From assembly GCA_036170635.1 (NCBI GenBank), contig JAVHPO010000212.1, forward strand, positions 1 to 45,548: 45,548 bases of DNA, given 5' to 3'. The notes beneath the pieces are model-generated. The model was not told where the DNA came from, ran no database searches, and saw nothing but the letters and a program-made list of their open reading frames with translations. Source of the stretch: Prolixibacteraceae bacterium (GTDB taxonomy: Bacteria > Bacteroidota > Bacteroidia > Bacteroidales > Prolixibacteraceae). The first letter of the stretch is position 1. Each line of letters starts with the position of its first letter. Below, piece after piece: positions 35,175 through 44,369 of the stretch. A program made the position numbers and the translations under genes.

Positions 35175-35241
35175 TGTGTGAATCATGTAACTCTTCTCAA
35201 AAATTCTGTAACACTTATCAGATTTTGGTTATTTAATTTAG
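35175..35241 (+). promoter_or_regulatory. Composite stress-type promoter, copy 13
   Basis: box1 TGTGTGAATCATGTAAC (35175-35191), box2 TCTGTAAC (35205-35212), -7-like TAATTTAG (35234-35241). The sod ATG at 35441 is 200 nt downstream. Confidence 0.55.
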
Positions 35242-35440
35242 TTCACTGAAAATTAATTTATTGGTATAGTTGTATATAAACAGTAGGATGACTAAAAAAC
35301 GAGTAACCAAAATCAATTATAGCATCAATTATTTCCCGGTTACTTGGTTTTCATTATGTTTTTATTGCATTAGTATATAGATGCCCAAACTTCAAGTGAG
35401 TAAAAATCAAATAGATAAAAATCCTATAACCCAAAGTATT

Positions 35441-36076
35441 ATGAATACACAAAACGCATTTGAATTTAAAGCGCTGCCTTATTCTTATGATGCCCTTGAG
35501 TCTTTCATTGATAAGCTTACAGTAGAAATTCATTATTGCAAGCATCACAAAGCATATTATGACAATTTCATCAATGCCATAAAGGGAACTGAGATGGAAT
35601 CCATGGATATAAAAGATATTTTCAGAAACATAAGCAAATATCCACTTACGGTCAGAAACAATGGTGGTGGTTATTTCAATCATACCTTATATTGGGAAAA
35701 TATGAAATCTCCGGGAAATGATGCACCATCCGGAAAATTATCTGAAGCAATTATTAAAACATTTGGCTCTTTTGGGGAGTTCAAAAAACAATTCTCAGAA
35801 GCAGGTAAGACCCGTTTTGGCAGTGGCTGGGCATGGCTATGTTTGGATGATAAAGCAAACCTGTTTGTTAGTTCTACACCAAACCAGGATAATCCCTTGA
35901 TGGATATTGCTGAAAAACAGGGCATACCTCTACTTACAATTGACGTATGGGAACATACTTACTATTTGAAATACCATAACAAAAGAGTAGACTATGTTGA
36001 TGGTTTTTGGGATGTTGTAAATTGGGACGAAGTAGCTAAAAGATATGAAAATGGTTTAAAATCATTAAGTAACTGA
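35441..36076 (+). CDS. Fe/Mn superoxide dismutase
   Basis: FEFKALPYSYDALE, HYCKHHKAYYDNF and DVWEHTYYL signatures. ATG 35441 gives the canonical N-terminus. ORF-track ATG 35381 would add 20 non-conserved residues. Confidence 0.9.
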   Translation: MNTQNAFEFKALPYSYDALESFIDKLTVEIHYCKHHKAYYDNFINAIKGTEMESMDIKDIFRNISKYPLTVRNNGGGYFNHTLYWENMKSPGNDAPSGKLSEAIIKTFGSFGEFKKQFSEAGKTRFGSGWAWLCLDDKANLFVSSTPNQDNPLMDIAEKQGIPLLTIDVWEHTYYLKYHNKRVDYVDGFWDVVNWDEVAKRYENGLKSLSN

Positions 36077-36141
36077 TTTTAAAGTAACCTATAACAACAG
36101 GTTGAAAAGATAAAAGAGAATGAATAATTATAAAAATTACA

Positions 36142-36993
36142 ATGAAAAAAATAACCGATAAAAAAAAGAGTACAAAAGCAAGGGCAGAATATATAAAAGT
36201 TGAATCAAATGTCCGTCTTCATATAACAGACGCAGGTGAAGGAAGACCAATTGTACTCATACCTGGCTGGCCGTTAAGTGACGAAATGTATGAGTATCAA
36301 TACAATGATCTGATAAATAAAAACTTTCGTGTAATTGGCATTACATTAAGAGGTTTTGGCAAATCGGACAAACCCTTCGGTGAATACAATTACGATGTAC
36401 ATGCAGCAGATATAAAAAAGGTTTTAAGAAAACTGGATATTAAAGATGCTGTTTTGGTTGGATTTTCGATGGGTGGGGCCATTTCGGTTCGATACTTGTC
36501 AAAGTATAAAGGCGCTCATGTCTCTAAGTTAGTTTTGGCAGGAGCAGCAGCCCCAAGCTGGACTCAATGTGAAGATTTCCCATACAATCTTCCCAAAAGT
36601 GCTGTCGACGACCTAATTGCATTGAACTTTCAGGATAGACCAAAGCTTTTATCCGATTTTGCCAAAATATTCTCAGCTAACGCTACCTCTTTAAATAAAG
36701 GTATTGGTAATTGGTTGAACGGTATCGGCTTAAGCGCTTCATCCTATGCAACGGCTCAGTGTTTAATTGCATTGCGTGATACTGATCTGAGGAAGGATCT
36801 GATGAAAATAACAATTCCTACATTGATTATGCATGGTAAAAAAGACAAAATATGTTCTTTCGATCTGGCGAACCAGATGAATTCTGGAATTGCAAAGTCA
36901 CATTTAGTAACTTTTGAGAACAGTGGTCACAGTTTGTTTCTTGAGGAAACACAAAAGTTCAATGCAGAACTGATCCAGTTTGCCAAGAAATAA
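36142..36993 (+). CDS. Alpha/beta hydrolase (non-haem haloperoxidase/arylesterase-like)
   Basis: IPGWPLS oxyanion region, nucleophile elbow GFSMGG, C-terminal His in FENSGHSLF. 283 aa. Confidence 0.75.
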   Translation: MKKITDKKKSTKARAEYIKVESNVRLHITDAGEGRPIVLIPGWPLSDEMYEYQYNDLINKNFRVIGITLRGFGKSDKPFGEYNYDVHAADIKKVLRKLDIKDAVLVGFSMGGAISVRYLSKYKGAHVSKLVLAGAAAPSWTQCEDFPYNLPKSAVDDLIALNFQDRPKLLSDFAKIFSANATSLNKGIGNWLNGIGLSASSYATAQCLIALRDTDLRKDLMKITIPTLIMHGKKDKICSFDLANQMNSGIAKSHLVTFENSGHSLFLEETQKFNAELIQFAKK

Positions 36994-37071
36994 ATTTTAC
37001 GATTGAACGGTGAATAGATAAAAACAATACTGCAAATTCCTTATAGCTGATAGAACAATAAAAATTGACAA

Positions 37072-38160
37072 ATGGAAACAAACAAATTATTTACTCCTGA
37101 AAAGGTTGGATCGATAGAGGTGAAAAATCGTATAGTGATGTCACCAATGACCCGGTGCAGGGCAATTGGGAATATTCCGAATAATCTGATGGCTGAATAT
37201 TATGCACAGCGTTCCAAAGCCGGATTAATAATTACTGAAGGTACATCCCCATCTCCAAATGGATTGGGTTATGCTCGTATACCGGGAATTTTCAGCAATC
37301 CACAGGTAGAAGGCTGGAAAAAGGTTACCTCAGCTGTACACAATGCAGGAGGTAAAATAGTTGTTCAATTGATGCATACCGGAAGAATAAGCCACTCCCT
37401 CAATATGAGTGAAGGAGCCAGTATAATTGCACCTTCCGCGGTAAGACCTGCTGGTCAAATGTGGACTGATAGAAAACAGATGCAGAATTTCCCTTTGCCG
37501 AAAGAGATGAGTATTTCGGATTTGATTCATACAAAGGAAGAATTTGTTCACGCGGCAAAAAATGCCATGGAGGCAGGCTTTGATGGCGTCGAGTTGCATG
37601 GGGCAAACGGTTATCTGCTTGAACAGTTTCTTTCGCCAGTAAGTAATATCCGCAAAGACAACTATGGTGGAACTGTTAAAAACAGATGCAAGTTTGTACT
37701 GGAGGTGGTAAGTGCAGTAGCCGATGCTATCGGAAAAGGGAAACTAGGAATTCGTTTATCACCTTATGGTGTGGCAAGCGATATGCCTCATTATCCCGAA
37801 ATAGAAGTTACATACAACTACCTTTCGGAACAGCTCAATAAGCTTGGTATTTCCTACATACATATAGTTGATCATTCAGCAATGGGTGCTCCCAAAGTGC
37901 CCGTGAAAATAAAAAAACTGATACGTAAAAACTTTAAAAATATAATTATTCTTTCCGGAGGATATGACAAGAAGCGGGCAATTGCAGATATCGAAAGCGG
38001 GCTCGGAGACCTTGTTGCATTTGGTCGTCCGTTTATTAACAATCCCGATTTAGTTGACCGTTTTAAAAATAATTGGCCATTGTCAACAGACCTTAAGATG
38101 GATTTATTTTATACTGCTGATGAGAAAGGATATACCGATTACCCAGTTTATAAAGAATGA
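37072..38160 (+). CDS. Old Yellow Enzyme-family NADH:flavin oxidoreductase (alkene reductase, NemA-like)
   Basis: MSPMTRCRA, TEGTSPSP, QLMHTGRISH and GVELHGANGYLLEQFL blocks. 362 aa. Confidence 0.85.
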   Translation: METNKLFTPEKVGSIEVKNRIVMSPMTRCRAIGNIPNNLMAEYYAQRSKAGLIITEGTSPSPNGLGYARIPGIFSNPQVEGWKKVTSAVHNAGGKIVVQLMHTGRISHSLNMSEGASIIAPSAVRPAGQMWTDRKQMQNFPLPKEMSISDLIHTKEEFVHAAKNAMEAGFDGVELHGANGYLLEQFLSPVSNIRKDNYGGTVKNRCKFVLEVVSAVADAIGKGKLGIRLSPYGVASDMPHYPEIEVTYNYLSEQLNKLGISYIHIVDHSAMGAPKVPVKIKKLIRKNFKNIIILSGGYDKKRAIADIESGLGDLVAFGRPFINNPDLVDRFKNNWPLSTDLKMDLFYTADEKGYTDYPVYKE

Positions 38161-38181
38161 TGAACACAATTCAATATACTC

Positions 38182-39081
38182 ATGGATTTCGTTGACTATT
38201 ATAAAATATTAGGGATAAATAAAACAGCTGCGCCAAAGGAGATCAAAAATGCCTACCGTAAATTGGCCAGAAAGTTTCATCCGGATTTGAATCCCAATGA
38301 CAAGGATGCGAAAAAGAATTTTCAGCAAATCAATGAAGCCAATGAAGTACTGAGTGATCCTGAAAAACGGAAGAAATATGATCAATATGGTAAGGATTGG
38401 CAACATGCTGAAGAATTTGAAAAGGCGAAACAGTACCAGGGCCAATCATTCGGAACACGTGGTGCAAGAAATTCAGGATCTCAATCAGGAGCTGATTTTT
38501 CTGATTTTTTTGAGTCCATGTTTGGCGGTGCAGCTGGCGGTGGCAGAAGCAGACAGGTAAAATACAGAGGGGAAGATTTCAGCTCTGAAATCCATTTAAA
38601 CCTTATTGATGCTTTAAAAACCCGCAAACAAACCTTGACTGTCAACGGCACACAAATAAGAATCACAGTACCGGCGGGTATTGAAAATGGACAGACCATT
38701 AAAATCACCGGGCATGGAGGTACCGGAATCAACGGCGGACCCAACGGGGATCTCTATATTACATTTTCAATTGCCAATCACCCCAAAATTAAACGTCTGG
38801 GGAACAACCTATATACCTCAGTTGATTTGGACCTGTACACTGCGGTGCTCGGAGGGGAAATTACCATCGATACCCTTGATGGACAGGTAAAACTGAAGGT
38901 AAAGCCCGAAACACAAAACGAAAGCAAAGTAAAACTTAAAGGCAAGGGATTCCCGGTTTACAAAAGTGAAGGAGAAGCCGGAGATTTATATATTACCTAT
39001 CATATCAAAATTCCTACCAACCTGACAGACAAACAAAAGGCGCTGTTCACAGAATTGTCTGACTCATCCATTAAACCTTAG
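38182..39081 (+). CDS. cbpA: DnaJ-class co-chaperone lacking the zinc finger (CbpA-like)
   Basis: J domain DYYKILGI...KFHPDLNP, G-rich linker, DnaJ C-terminal domains, no CxxCxGxG repeats. 299 aa. Confidence 0.8.
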   Translation: MDFVDYYKILGINKTAAPKEIKNAYRKLARKFHPDLNPNDKDAKKNFQQINEANEVLSDPEKRKKYDQYGKDWQHAEEFEKAKQYQGQSFGTRGARNSGSQSGADFSDFFESMFGGAAGGGRSRQVKYRGEDFSSEIHLNLIDALKTRKQTLTVNGTQIRITVPAGIENGQTIKITGHGGTGINGGPNGDLYITFSIANHPKIKRLGNNLYTSVDLDLYTAVLGGEITIDTLDGQVKLKVKPETQNESKVKLKGKGFPVYKSEGEAGDLYITYHIKIPTNLTDKQKALFTELSDSSIKP

Positions 39082-39084
39082 GCC

Positions 39085-39387
39085 ATGCAAAAAGCAAACC
39101 TCATAGCAATTGATGAGTTCTGCAGCAGTTGGAATATTGAGACATCATTTATCAACTCTCTGCAGGAAACAGGACTAATTGAAGTTGTTATCGTCAATGA
39201 AACCGCATGTATCGATGTCAGCCAGCTTCAGCAACTGGAGAAATATATCCGGTTCTATTACGAATTGGATATTAACCTCGAAGGAATAGAAACGATCATG
39301 CATCTGTTACAACGAATGAATAACATGCAGAATGAAATTAACAATCTCCGGAACAAACTTAGGCTCTTTGAAAGATCAGAAACATGA
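39085..39387 (+). CDS. cbpM: Chaperone modulator CbpM-like (MerR_2-type helix-turn-helix)
   Basis: 100 aa, 3 nt after cbpA. N-terminal IDEFCSSWNIETSFINSLQETGLI resembles the CbpM/MerR_2 layout. Coiled-coil tail. Confidence 0.6.
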   Translation: MQKANLIAIDEFCSSWNIETSFINSLQETGLIEVVIVNETACIDVSQLQQLEKYIRFYYELDINLEGIETIMHLLQRMNNMQNEINNLRNKLRLFERSET

Positions 39388-42300
39388 TTAAATTGCAATT
39401 ATTATTAAAAAAATTGGTAAAAACGATCCTGTGGTTGGCCATCATCCTGGTGTTTTTATTTGTAATAATTGCAGTCTTAATTCAAATTCCTGTCATTCAA
39501 AACAAGATCGTTCATGGTGTCACCTCCTATGTCAGCAACAAAACCCATACAAAAATTGAGATTAAAAAGGTTGGCATTTCATTCCCTAAATCAGTAGTGA
39601 TTGAAGGTCTTTACCTGGAAGACCTCAATAAAGACACTTTACTCTACGTTAGAAAAGCGAGAGTAAATATTGCACTTTATGGCCTATTAAACAGCAAGAT
39701 AGCTATTGGTTCTTTAGCTGTTGAAGACGTAAATCTGAATTTGCATAGCACGAAAACAGATTCGCTGTTCAACTACAATTTCCTGCTAACAGCATTTGGT
39801 GATACCACCAAACAGGCAAAAGTTGCCCCACCAACTCCATCCAAATGGACCTTCAGCATCGATCAGGTAAGCCTGAAAAATGCCAGGTTTCGTTACGATG
39901 ATGAGTATTCAGGAATAAATGTATTTGCGGTTCTGAAAAATTCGGAATTTGGCGTGGATGAAATCGATCCGCAAAAATCAGTCTATTCTGTGGTCGACTT
40001 GCTCGTTGAAGGCTTAACAGCAAATGTTGGTGTAAGTGTATCTAAGAACAAGCAGAATAATAAACCGGGAAGCGTTTCACCAAGAATAGCAGCCAAAAAC
40101 ATTCTACTCAGCAATTCCACAATCAGTTATATTGATTCAACTGGTTATCTGTCGGTTGATGCGATCATCGACCAAAGTAAGCTGGAAAATTCTTCTGTCG
40201 ATTTACAGAAGCAATTGTTGATGACCGAATCTATCTACTTGTTAAATAGTAAAATTCTATACCACACCTTTGCCCCGGAATTAGTTACAACTGAATTCGC
40301 TGCAACATCCGGAAGCAACTGGAAAATTACAATGAAGAGTATTGATCTGGAAGACAATTCACTTAAATATAAATCCGACAATAATCCGCAATTAAAGAAT
40401 TTATTTGACGTGAATAATCTTGAATATAATCACTTAACACTTGATGCCAGTGATTTTTCATATTCAACAGATCTAACAAAAGTATTGGTAAAGAAATTCA
40501 GCGCGATTGATCAGAATAACTTTGCAATCACTGGTTGTGAGGCAGATTTCAGAATGGATCAGCACTCGATTTCTGCACGGAAGTTGAAGGTCCAAACCCC
40601 CTACTCTACCATTGATGCAGATGTGAACCTGCAATATTCTTCTTTATCAACACTGATAGATTCCATGCTATTCAGTAACCTGGATTTGGATCTGAGGAAT
40701 CTGCGTTTCAAAAACTCTGATGTTCTCTATTTCAAACCTGACCTTATCACACAGCCTTTCTTCAAAAATAGTCAGAATATTACAGCAGCCTCAGGGATAA
40801 TTAGTGGGCAGATGAATAATCTGAATGCCCAAAAACTATCAATAAAAACCGGAGTAAATACTAAGATTGAAACCGATTTCATCATCAAAGGAATGCCTGA
40901 ATATCGAACAGCATTTTACGATTTCCCCAATCTGAGCATCATATCAGGCAAAAAAGATATCTCAATGATGGCTGGTCCATACATTCCCGACAGCATAGAT
41001 ATTCCCGAAAACATCAGTATGCAGGTTGTTTTTAAAGGGAGGATGAAGTCCTTTGAGTCAACCGCGAATATGTCCAGCAGTTTTGGAGCCGCAAATCTTG
41101 TAGCATCGATTGATCCGAGCGAAAATTTCAGTAGTAAAGTAAGCATGAGCAGTCTTGATATTGGCCGTTTTTTAAAAGACACAGTCCTGTATGGCCCGGT
41201 AACATTAACCGCACAGGCAACCGGTCAGGGATTGGACATGAATACGATCAAAGCTAAAATCAAGGCCGATGTAACGCAGATTCATCTCAATAAATATACT
41301 TATCACAACCTGAAAATGGAGGGCACAGTCACCGGTAAGGAATTCGAAGGGAGAATAAACCTGAATGATGAAAATGCAGTATTCGATTTTGACGGATTGG
41401 TGAACTTGAATACAAATATGGAACGCTATAAATTTCAGTTGAATGTAAAAGGTGCAGACCTTCAAAAACTCAAATTAACCAACAAGGACGCACGGGTAAC
41501 CTTTGTTGCAGCGGCAGATTTAAAAGGAGGAACCGTTGATAAAATGAATGGAACAGCTGGAATCACCAATATTATTGTTGCCAGCCAGGGGAAAACGTAT
41601 GTACTCGACTCCTTTCTGTCGGCTGCAGTAAATGAACCAAATAGCAGTGAAATCAAAATCAATAGTGCGCTGATTGGCATAAAATATACCGGAACTGTTT
41701 CCCCTGATGCACTTCCAGGAGTACTTAGTCAATTCATAAATAATTATTTCCCATTTACAGATTCAAACCGGAAATCAAAGAAAAACGGTCTTGCAAATTT
41801 TAGTTTCGAAATACAACTTCACAATCACCCCATTCTTTCGGATCTCCTTCTTCCTCAGCTAAAAGAATTCGAGCCGGGAATCATCCTCGGTAGTTTTGAT
41901 AGTCAGAAAAACGACCTTAAGCTGAATGCCACGATGAAAAAAATTGTTTATGGAACTACTGAAATGAACGACTTGGCAGTAGATGTGAATTCAGATACCA
42001 AAGCATTGAATTATAAATTTTCGATCGGTAATATTTCAAACGCACAAATCAATTTAGACAATGTTTTATTTGAAGGAAATGTTGCTGCTAACAGAATTCT
42101 CACCAACATTTCTTCGACAGATGGCAAGAATAAAAAGCTTCAGATCAGGTCGCAAATCAGCAAGGACAAAGCCAACTACAAGCTTACGCTCGATCCAAAA
42201 GAATTATATCTGGCCAATAACCGCTGGAACATTGCAACGGATAATTACATTGAATTCGGGAAACAGGGATTTTTAATCCACCATCTATTCATTAATCACT

Positions 42301-44369
42301 CAGATAATCAGATCAATATAGCTTCAGTACATGATCAATTCAATGATGATCTGAATATCGCAATCAAGAATTTCAGGATTGAGGACATTTCCAGAATCGT
42401 AGAAAAAGATTCCAGTTTGGTAAAAGGAACTGTTGATGGAAATATACTGCTTAAACGGGTTAACAATTCTTATGGCTTAGTCGCAGATGCTAAGATCAGC
42501 AACTTGATCGTTCATGATATTCCCATCGGAAATCTAACAGTGAAAGCTGAGAATCCCAGCTATGAGAAATTTAACATTGATGTGAACTTATCGGGTACTG
42601 ATAACAATTTGACAGCGAATGGCTATTTTATTCCGAACGGAGGCGACAATTCGATTAGCATTAAGACAATCATTCAGTCGCTTTCTTTAAAAACCGTTCA
42701 GGCTTTTTCGATGGGACAATTGAAAGAAGCATCCGGAACTCTTGCCGGAAATATTTCAGTTGAAGGAAAGGCCAGTGCTCCGGATATAACAGGCGAACTG
42801 GTTTTCAGCAATGCCATTGTCAAACCCGCATTCCTGAACAACAGCCTGGAATTGAAACATGAAACGATTCAACTGAAAAAAGATGGGATTTATTTCAATT
42901 CTTTCACCATGCTGGATGCCGGTCAGCATATAGCAACCATTGATGGTTCCGTTCAAATGAAACAATTTTCAGATTTTATTTTTGCCCTGCAGGTCAATAC
43001 AAAAGACTTTCTGTTATTCAACACAACCGTTAAGGATAACAAAGAATTTTTTGGACGGATGGTTATTGACAGCAGGATAAATGTAAACGGACCAATGAAA
43101 TCGCCGGTTGTGGATGCAAAAGTGAAAATGAAGAAAGGTTCAAATTTCACTTTTTCAGTTCCTGAAGACAAACTGACCACCGACAAAGGAGAAAATGTGG
43201 TTGAATTCGATAATTCATTAAAATTCAATCCAATCCTGTTAAGAGGTGATAAAAAAGGAGGACAATCATCCGGCATGACTGGTTTTGATCTTTCTTCCAT
43301 TGTAGAAATAGATAAAGAAGCAACCCTCCGGTTACTAATGGATCCTTCTTCTACTGACTCGTTGGTAGTGAAAGGTGAAGCGGCATTGAGTTTCACGATG
43401 GACCGAAGCGGAAAGATGAGCCTTACCGGTGCCTATAATCTAAATGAAGGCAGTTACCTGGTATCATTGGAATCAGTGATCAAAAAGAAATTTGATATTG
43501 ATGCCGGAAGTACAATTATTTGGAATGGTGATCCACTAGATGCCGAAATATCAATCAATGCCCGCTATTCTGTCAGGGCTTCACCCTATGATCTGGTGGT
43601 TGATCAGATATCAGTCTTAAGTGATATTGATAAAGGCGGATACAAACAGCGCTATCCATTTTTAGTAATCCTGAAACTACGTGGACAAATTTTACATCCG
43701 CAAATTAGTTTTTTAATACAATTACCACCAGAGGAAAAAGGAATTCTGGGTGGAGCCGTGAATCAGAAACTGAGTATGCTAAATGAAGATGAATCAGCAT
43801 TAAACAAACAGGTTTTTGCTTTATTGGTATTGGGCAGGTTTGTCCAGGAAAATCCTTTTCAAACCGAATCGACCGGAACTTCGACTTTAATCCGGTCAAC
43901 GGTAGGCAAATTCTTATCCGCCCAATTAAATCAACTTAGCTCAAAGATATTACCCGGAATGGAGTTAAACTTTGATATTCAATCGTATGCCGATTATCAG
44001 TCGGGACAAGCCAAAGGAAGGACACAAGTCGAAATTGGCGTAAAGAAGCAACTTTTCAATGAACGATTGTCCGTTCAGCTTGGAGGTGCAGTTGATGTTG
44101 AAGGTGACAGGGCGAAACAAAACTCGGCAAGCGATATTACCAGTGATGTAACAGTCGAATACAAACTAACCAAAGACGGCCGTTTCCGAATGAAAGGATT
44201 CAGGCATAACCAATACGAAGGAGCCATTGAAGGTCAGTTGGTTGAAACCGGAGCTGGTGTTGTATTTGTACGCGATTTCAATCGCTGGGACAGAATATTC
44301 AAGTCTCAAAAAAACAGAAGTGATTCATCGAAAATACAAAAGAGTAATGTTACGATCAATCCAAAATAG
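39384..44369 (+). CDS. tamB: Translocation and assembly module protein TamB (AsmA-like superfamily, C-terminal DUF490)
   Basis: 1661 aa with an N-terminal anchor ILWLAIILVFLFVIIAVLIQI and a very long repetitive beta-rich body. The C-terminal ~350 aa resemble DUF490 (…LSFTMDRSGKMSLTGAYNL…RTQVEIGVKKQLFNERLSVQLGG…). Its ATG overlaps the cbpM stop (ATGA). Confidence 0.8.
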   Translation: MIKLQLLLKKLVKTILWLAIILVFLFVIIAVLIQIPVIQNKIVHGVTSYVSNKTHTKIEIKKVGISFPKSVVIEGLYLEDLNKDTLLYVRKARVNIALYGLLNSKIAIGSLAVEDVNLNLHSTKTDSLFNYNFLLTAFGDTTKQAKVAPPTPSKWTFSIDQVSLKNARFRYDDEYSGINVFAVLKNSEFGVDEIDPQKSVYSVVDLLVEGLTANVGVSVSKNKQNNKPGSVSPRIAAKNILLSNSTISYIDSTGYLSVDAIIDQSKLENSSVDLQKQLLMTESIYLLNSKILYHTFAPELVTTEFAATSGSNWKITMKSIDLEDNSLKYKSDNNPQLKNLFDVNNLEYNHLTLDASDFSYSTDLTKVLVKKFSAIDQNNFAITGCEADFRMDQHSISARKLKVQTPYSTIDADVNLQYSSLSTLIDSMLFSNLDLDLRNLRFKNSDVLYFKPDLITQPFFKNSQNITAASGIISGQMNNLNAQKLSIKTGVNTKIETDFIIKGMPEYRTAFYDFPNLSIISGKKDISMMAGPYIPDSIDIPENISMQVVFKGRMKSFESTANMSSSFGAANLVASIDPSENFSSKVSMSSLDIGRFLKDTVLYGPVTLTAQATGQGLDMNTIKAKIKADVTQIHLNKYTYHNLKMEGTVTGKEFEGRINLNDENAVFDFDGLVNLNTNMERYKFQLNVKGADLQKLKLTNKDARVTFVAAADLKGGTVDKMNGTAGITNIIVASQGKTYVLDSFLSAAVNEPNSSEIKINSALIGIKYTGTVSPDALPGVLSQFINNYFPFTDSNRKSKKNGLANFSFEIQLHNHPILSDLLLPQLKEFEPGIILGSFDSQKNDLKLNATMKKIVYGTTEMNDLAVDVNSDTKALNYKFSIGNISNAQINLDNVLFEGNVAANRILTNISSTDGKNKKLQIRSQISKDKANYKLTLDPKELYLANNRWNIATDNYIEFGKQGFLIHHLFINHSDNQINIASVHDQFNDDLNIAIKNFRIEDISRIVEKDSSLVKGTVDGNILLKRVNNSYGLVADAKISNLIVHDIPIGNLTVKAENPSYEKFNIDVNLSGTDNNLTANGYFIPNGGDNSISIKTIIQSLSLKTVQAFSMGQLKEASGTLAGNISVEGKASAPDITGELVFSNAIVKPAFLNNSLELKHETIQLKKDGIYFNSFTMLDAGQHIATIDGSVQMKQFSDFIFALQVNTKDFLLFNTTVKDNKEFFGRMVIDSRINVNGPMKSPVVDAKVKMKKGSNFTFSVPEDKLTTDKGENVVEFDNSLKFNPILLRGDKKGGQSSGMTGFDLSSIVEIDKEATLRLLMDPSSTDSLVVKGEAALSFTMDRSGKMSLTGAYNLNEGSYLVSLESVIKKKFDIDAGSTIIWNGDPLDAEISINARYSVRASPYDLVVDQISVLSDIDKGGYKQRYPFLVILKLRGQILHPQISFLIQLPPEEKGILGGAVNQKLSMLNEDESALNKQVFALLVLGRFVQENPFQTESTGTSTLIRSTVGKFLSAQLNQLSSKILPGMELNFDIQSYADYQSGQAKGRTQVEIGVKKQLFNERLSVQLGGAVDVEGDRAKQNSASDITSDVTVEYKLTKDGRFRMKGFRHNQYEGAIEGQLVETGAGVVFVRDFNRWDRIFKSQKNRSDSSKIQKSNVTINPK

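Noticed and set aside
793-35241. The 13 repeated 67-nt elements as REP/MITE-type mobile or selfish repeats
   Set aside because: They have no terminal inverted repeats and no target-site duplications. They are strictly co-oriented with the downstream gene and at a fixed short distance from start codons, and they end in a Bacteroidota-type -7 box. This fits promoters, not mobile repeats. A genome-wide scan is still needed.
35221-35314. 11-nt inverted repeat GATTTTGGTTA / TAACCAAAATC in the sod leader
   Set aside because: It is a short AT-rich match with a 72-nt spacer. By rough estimate such a pair is expected by chance somewhere in 45 kb. I mention it only as part of the long-leader finding.
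35354-35683. 109-aa minus-strand ORF across the sod start
   Set aside because: It overlaps the conserved N-terminal half of SOD on the opposite strand. Its sequence is AT-driven and Ile/Phe/Lys-rich, and it has no upstream promoter element.
36994-37071. GGTGAATAGATAAAAAC upstream of the OYE gene as a 14th promoter copy
   Set aside because: Only the GTGAAT hexamer matches. The ATGTAAC part is out of register, no TGTAAC lies 21 nt downstream, and there is no correctly spaced octamer.
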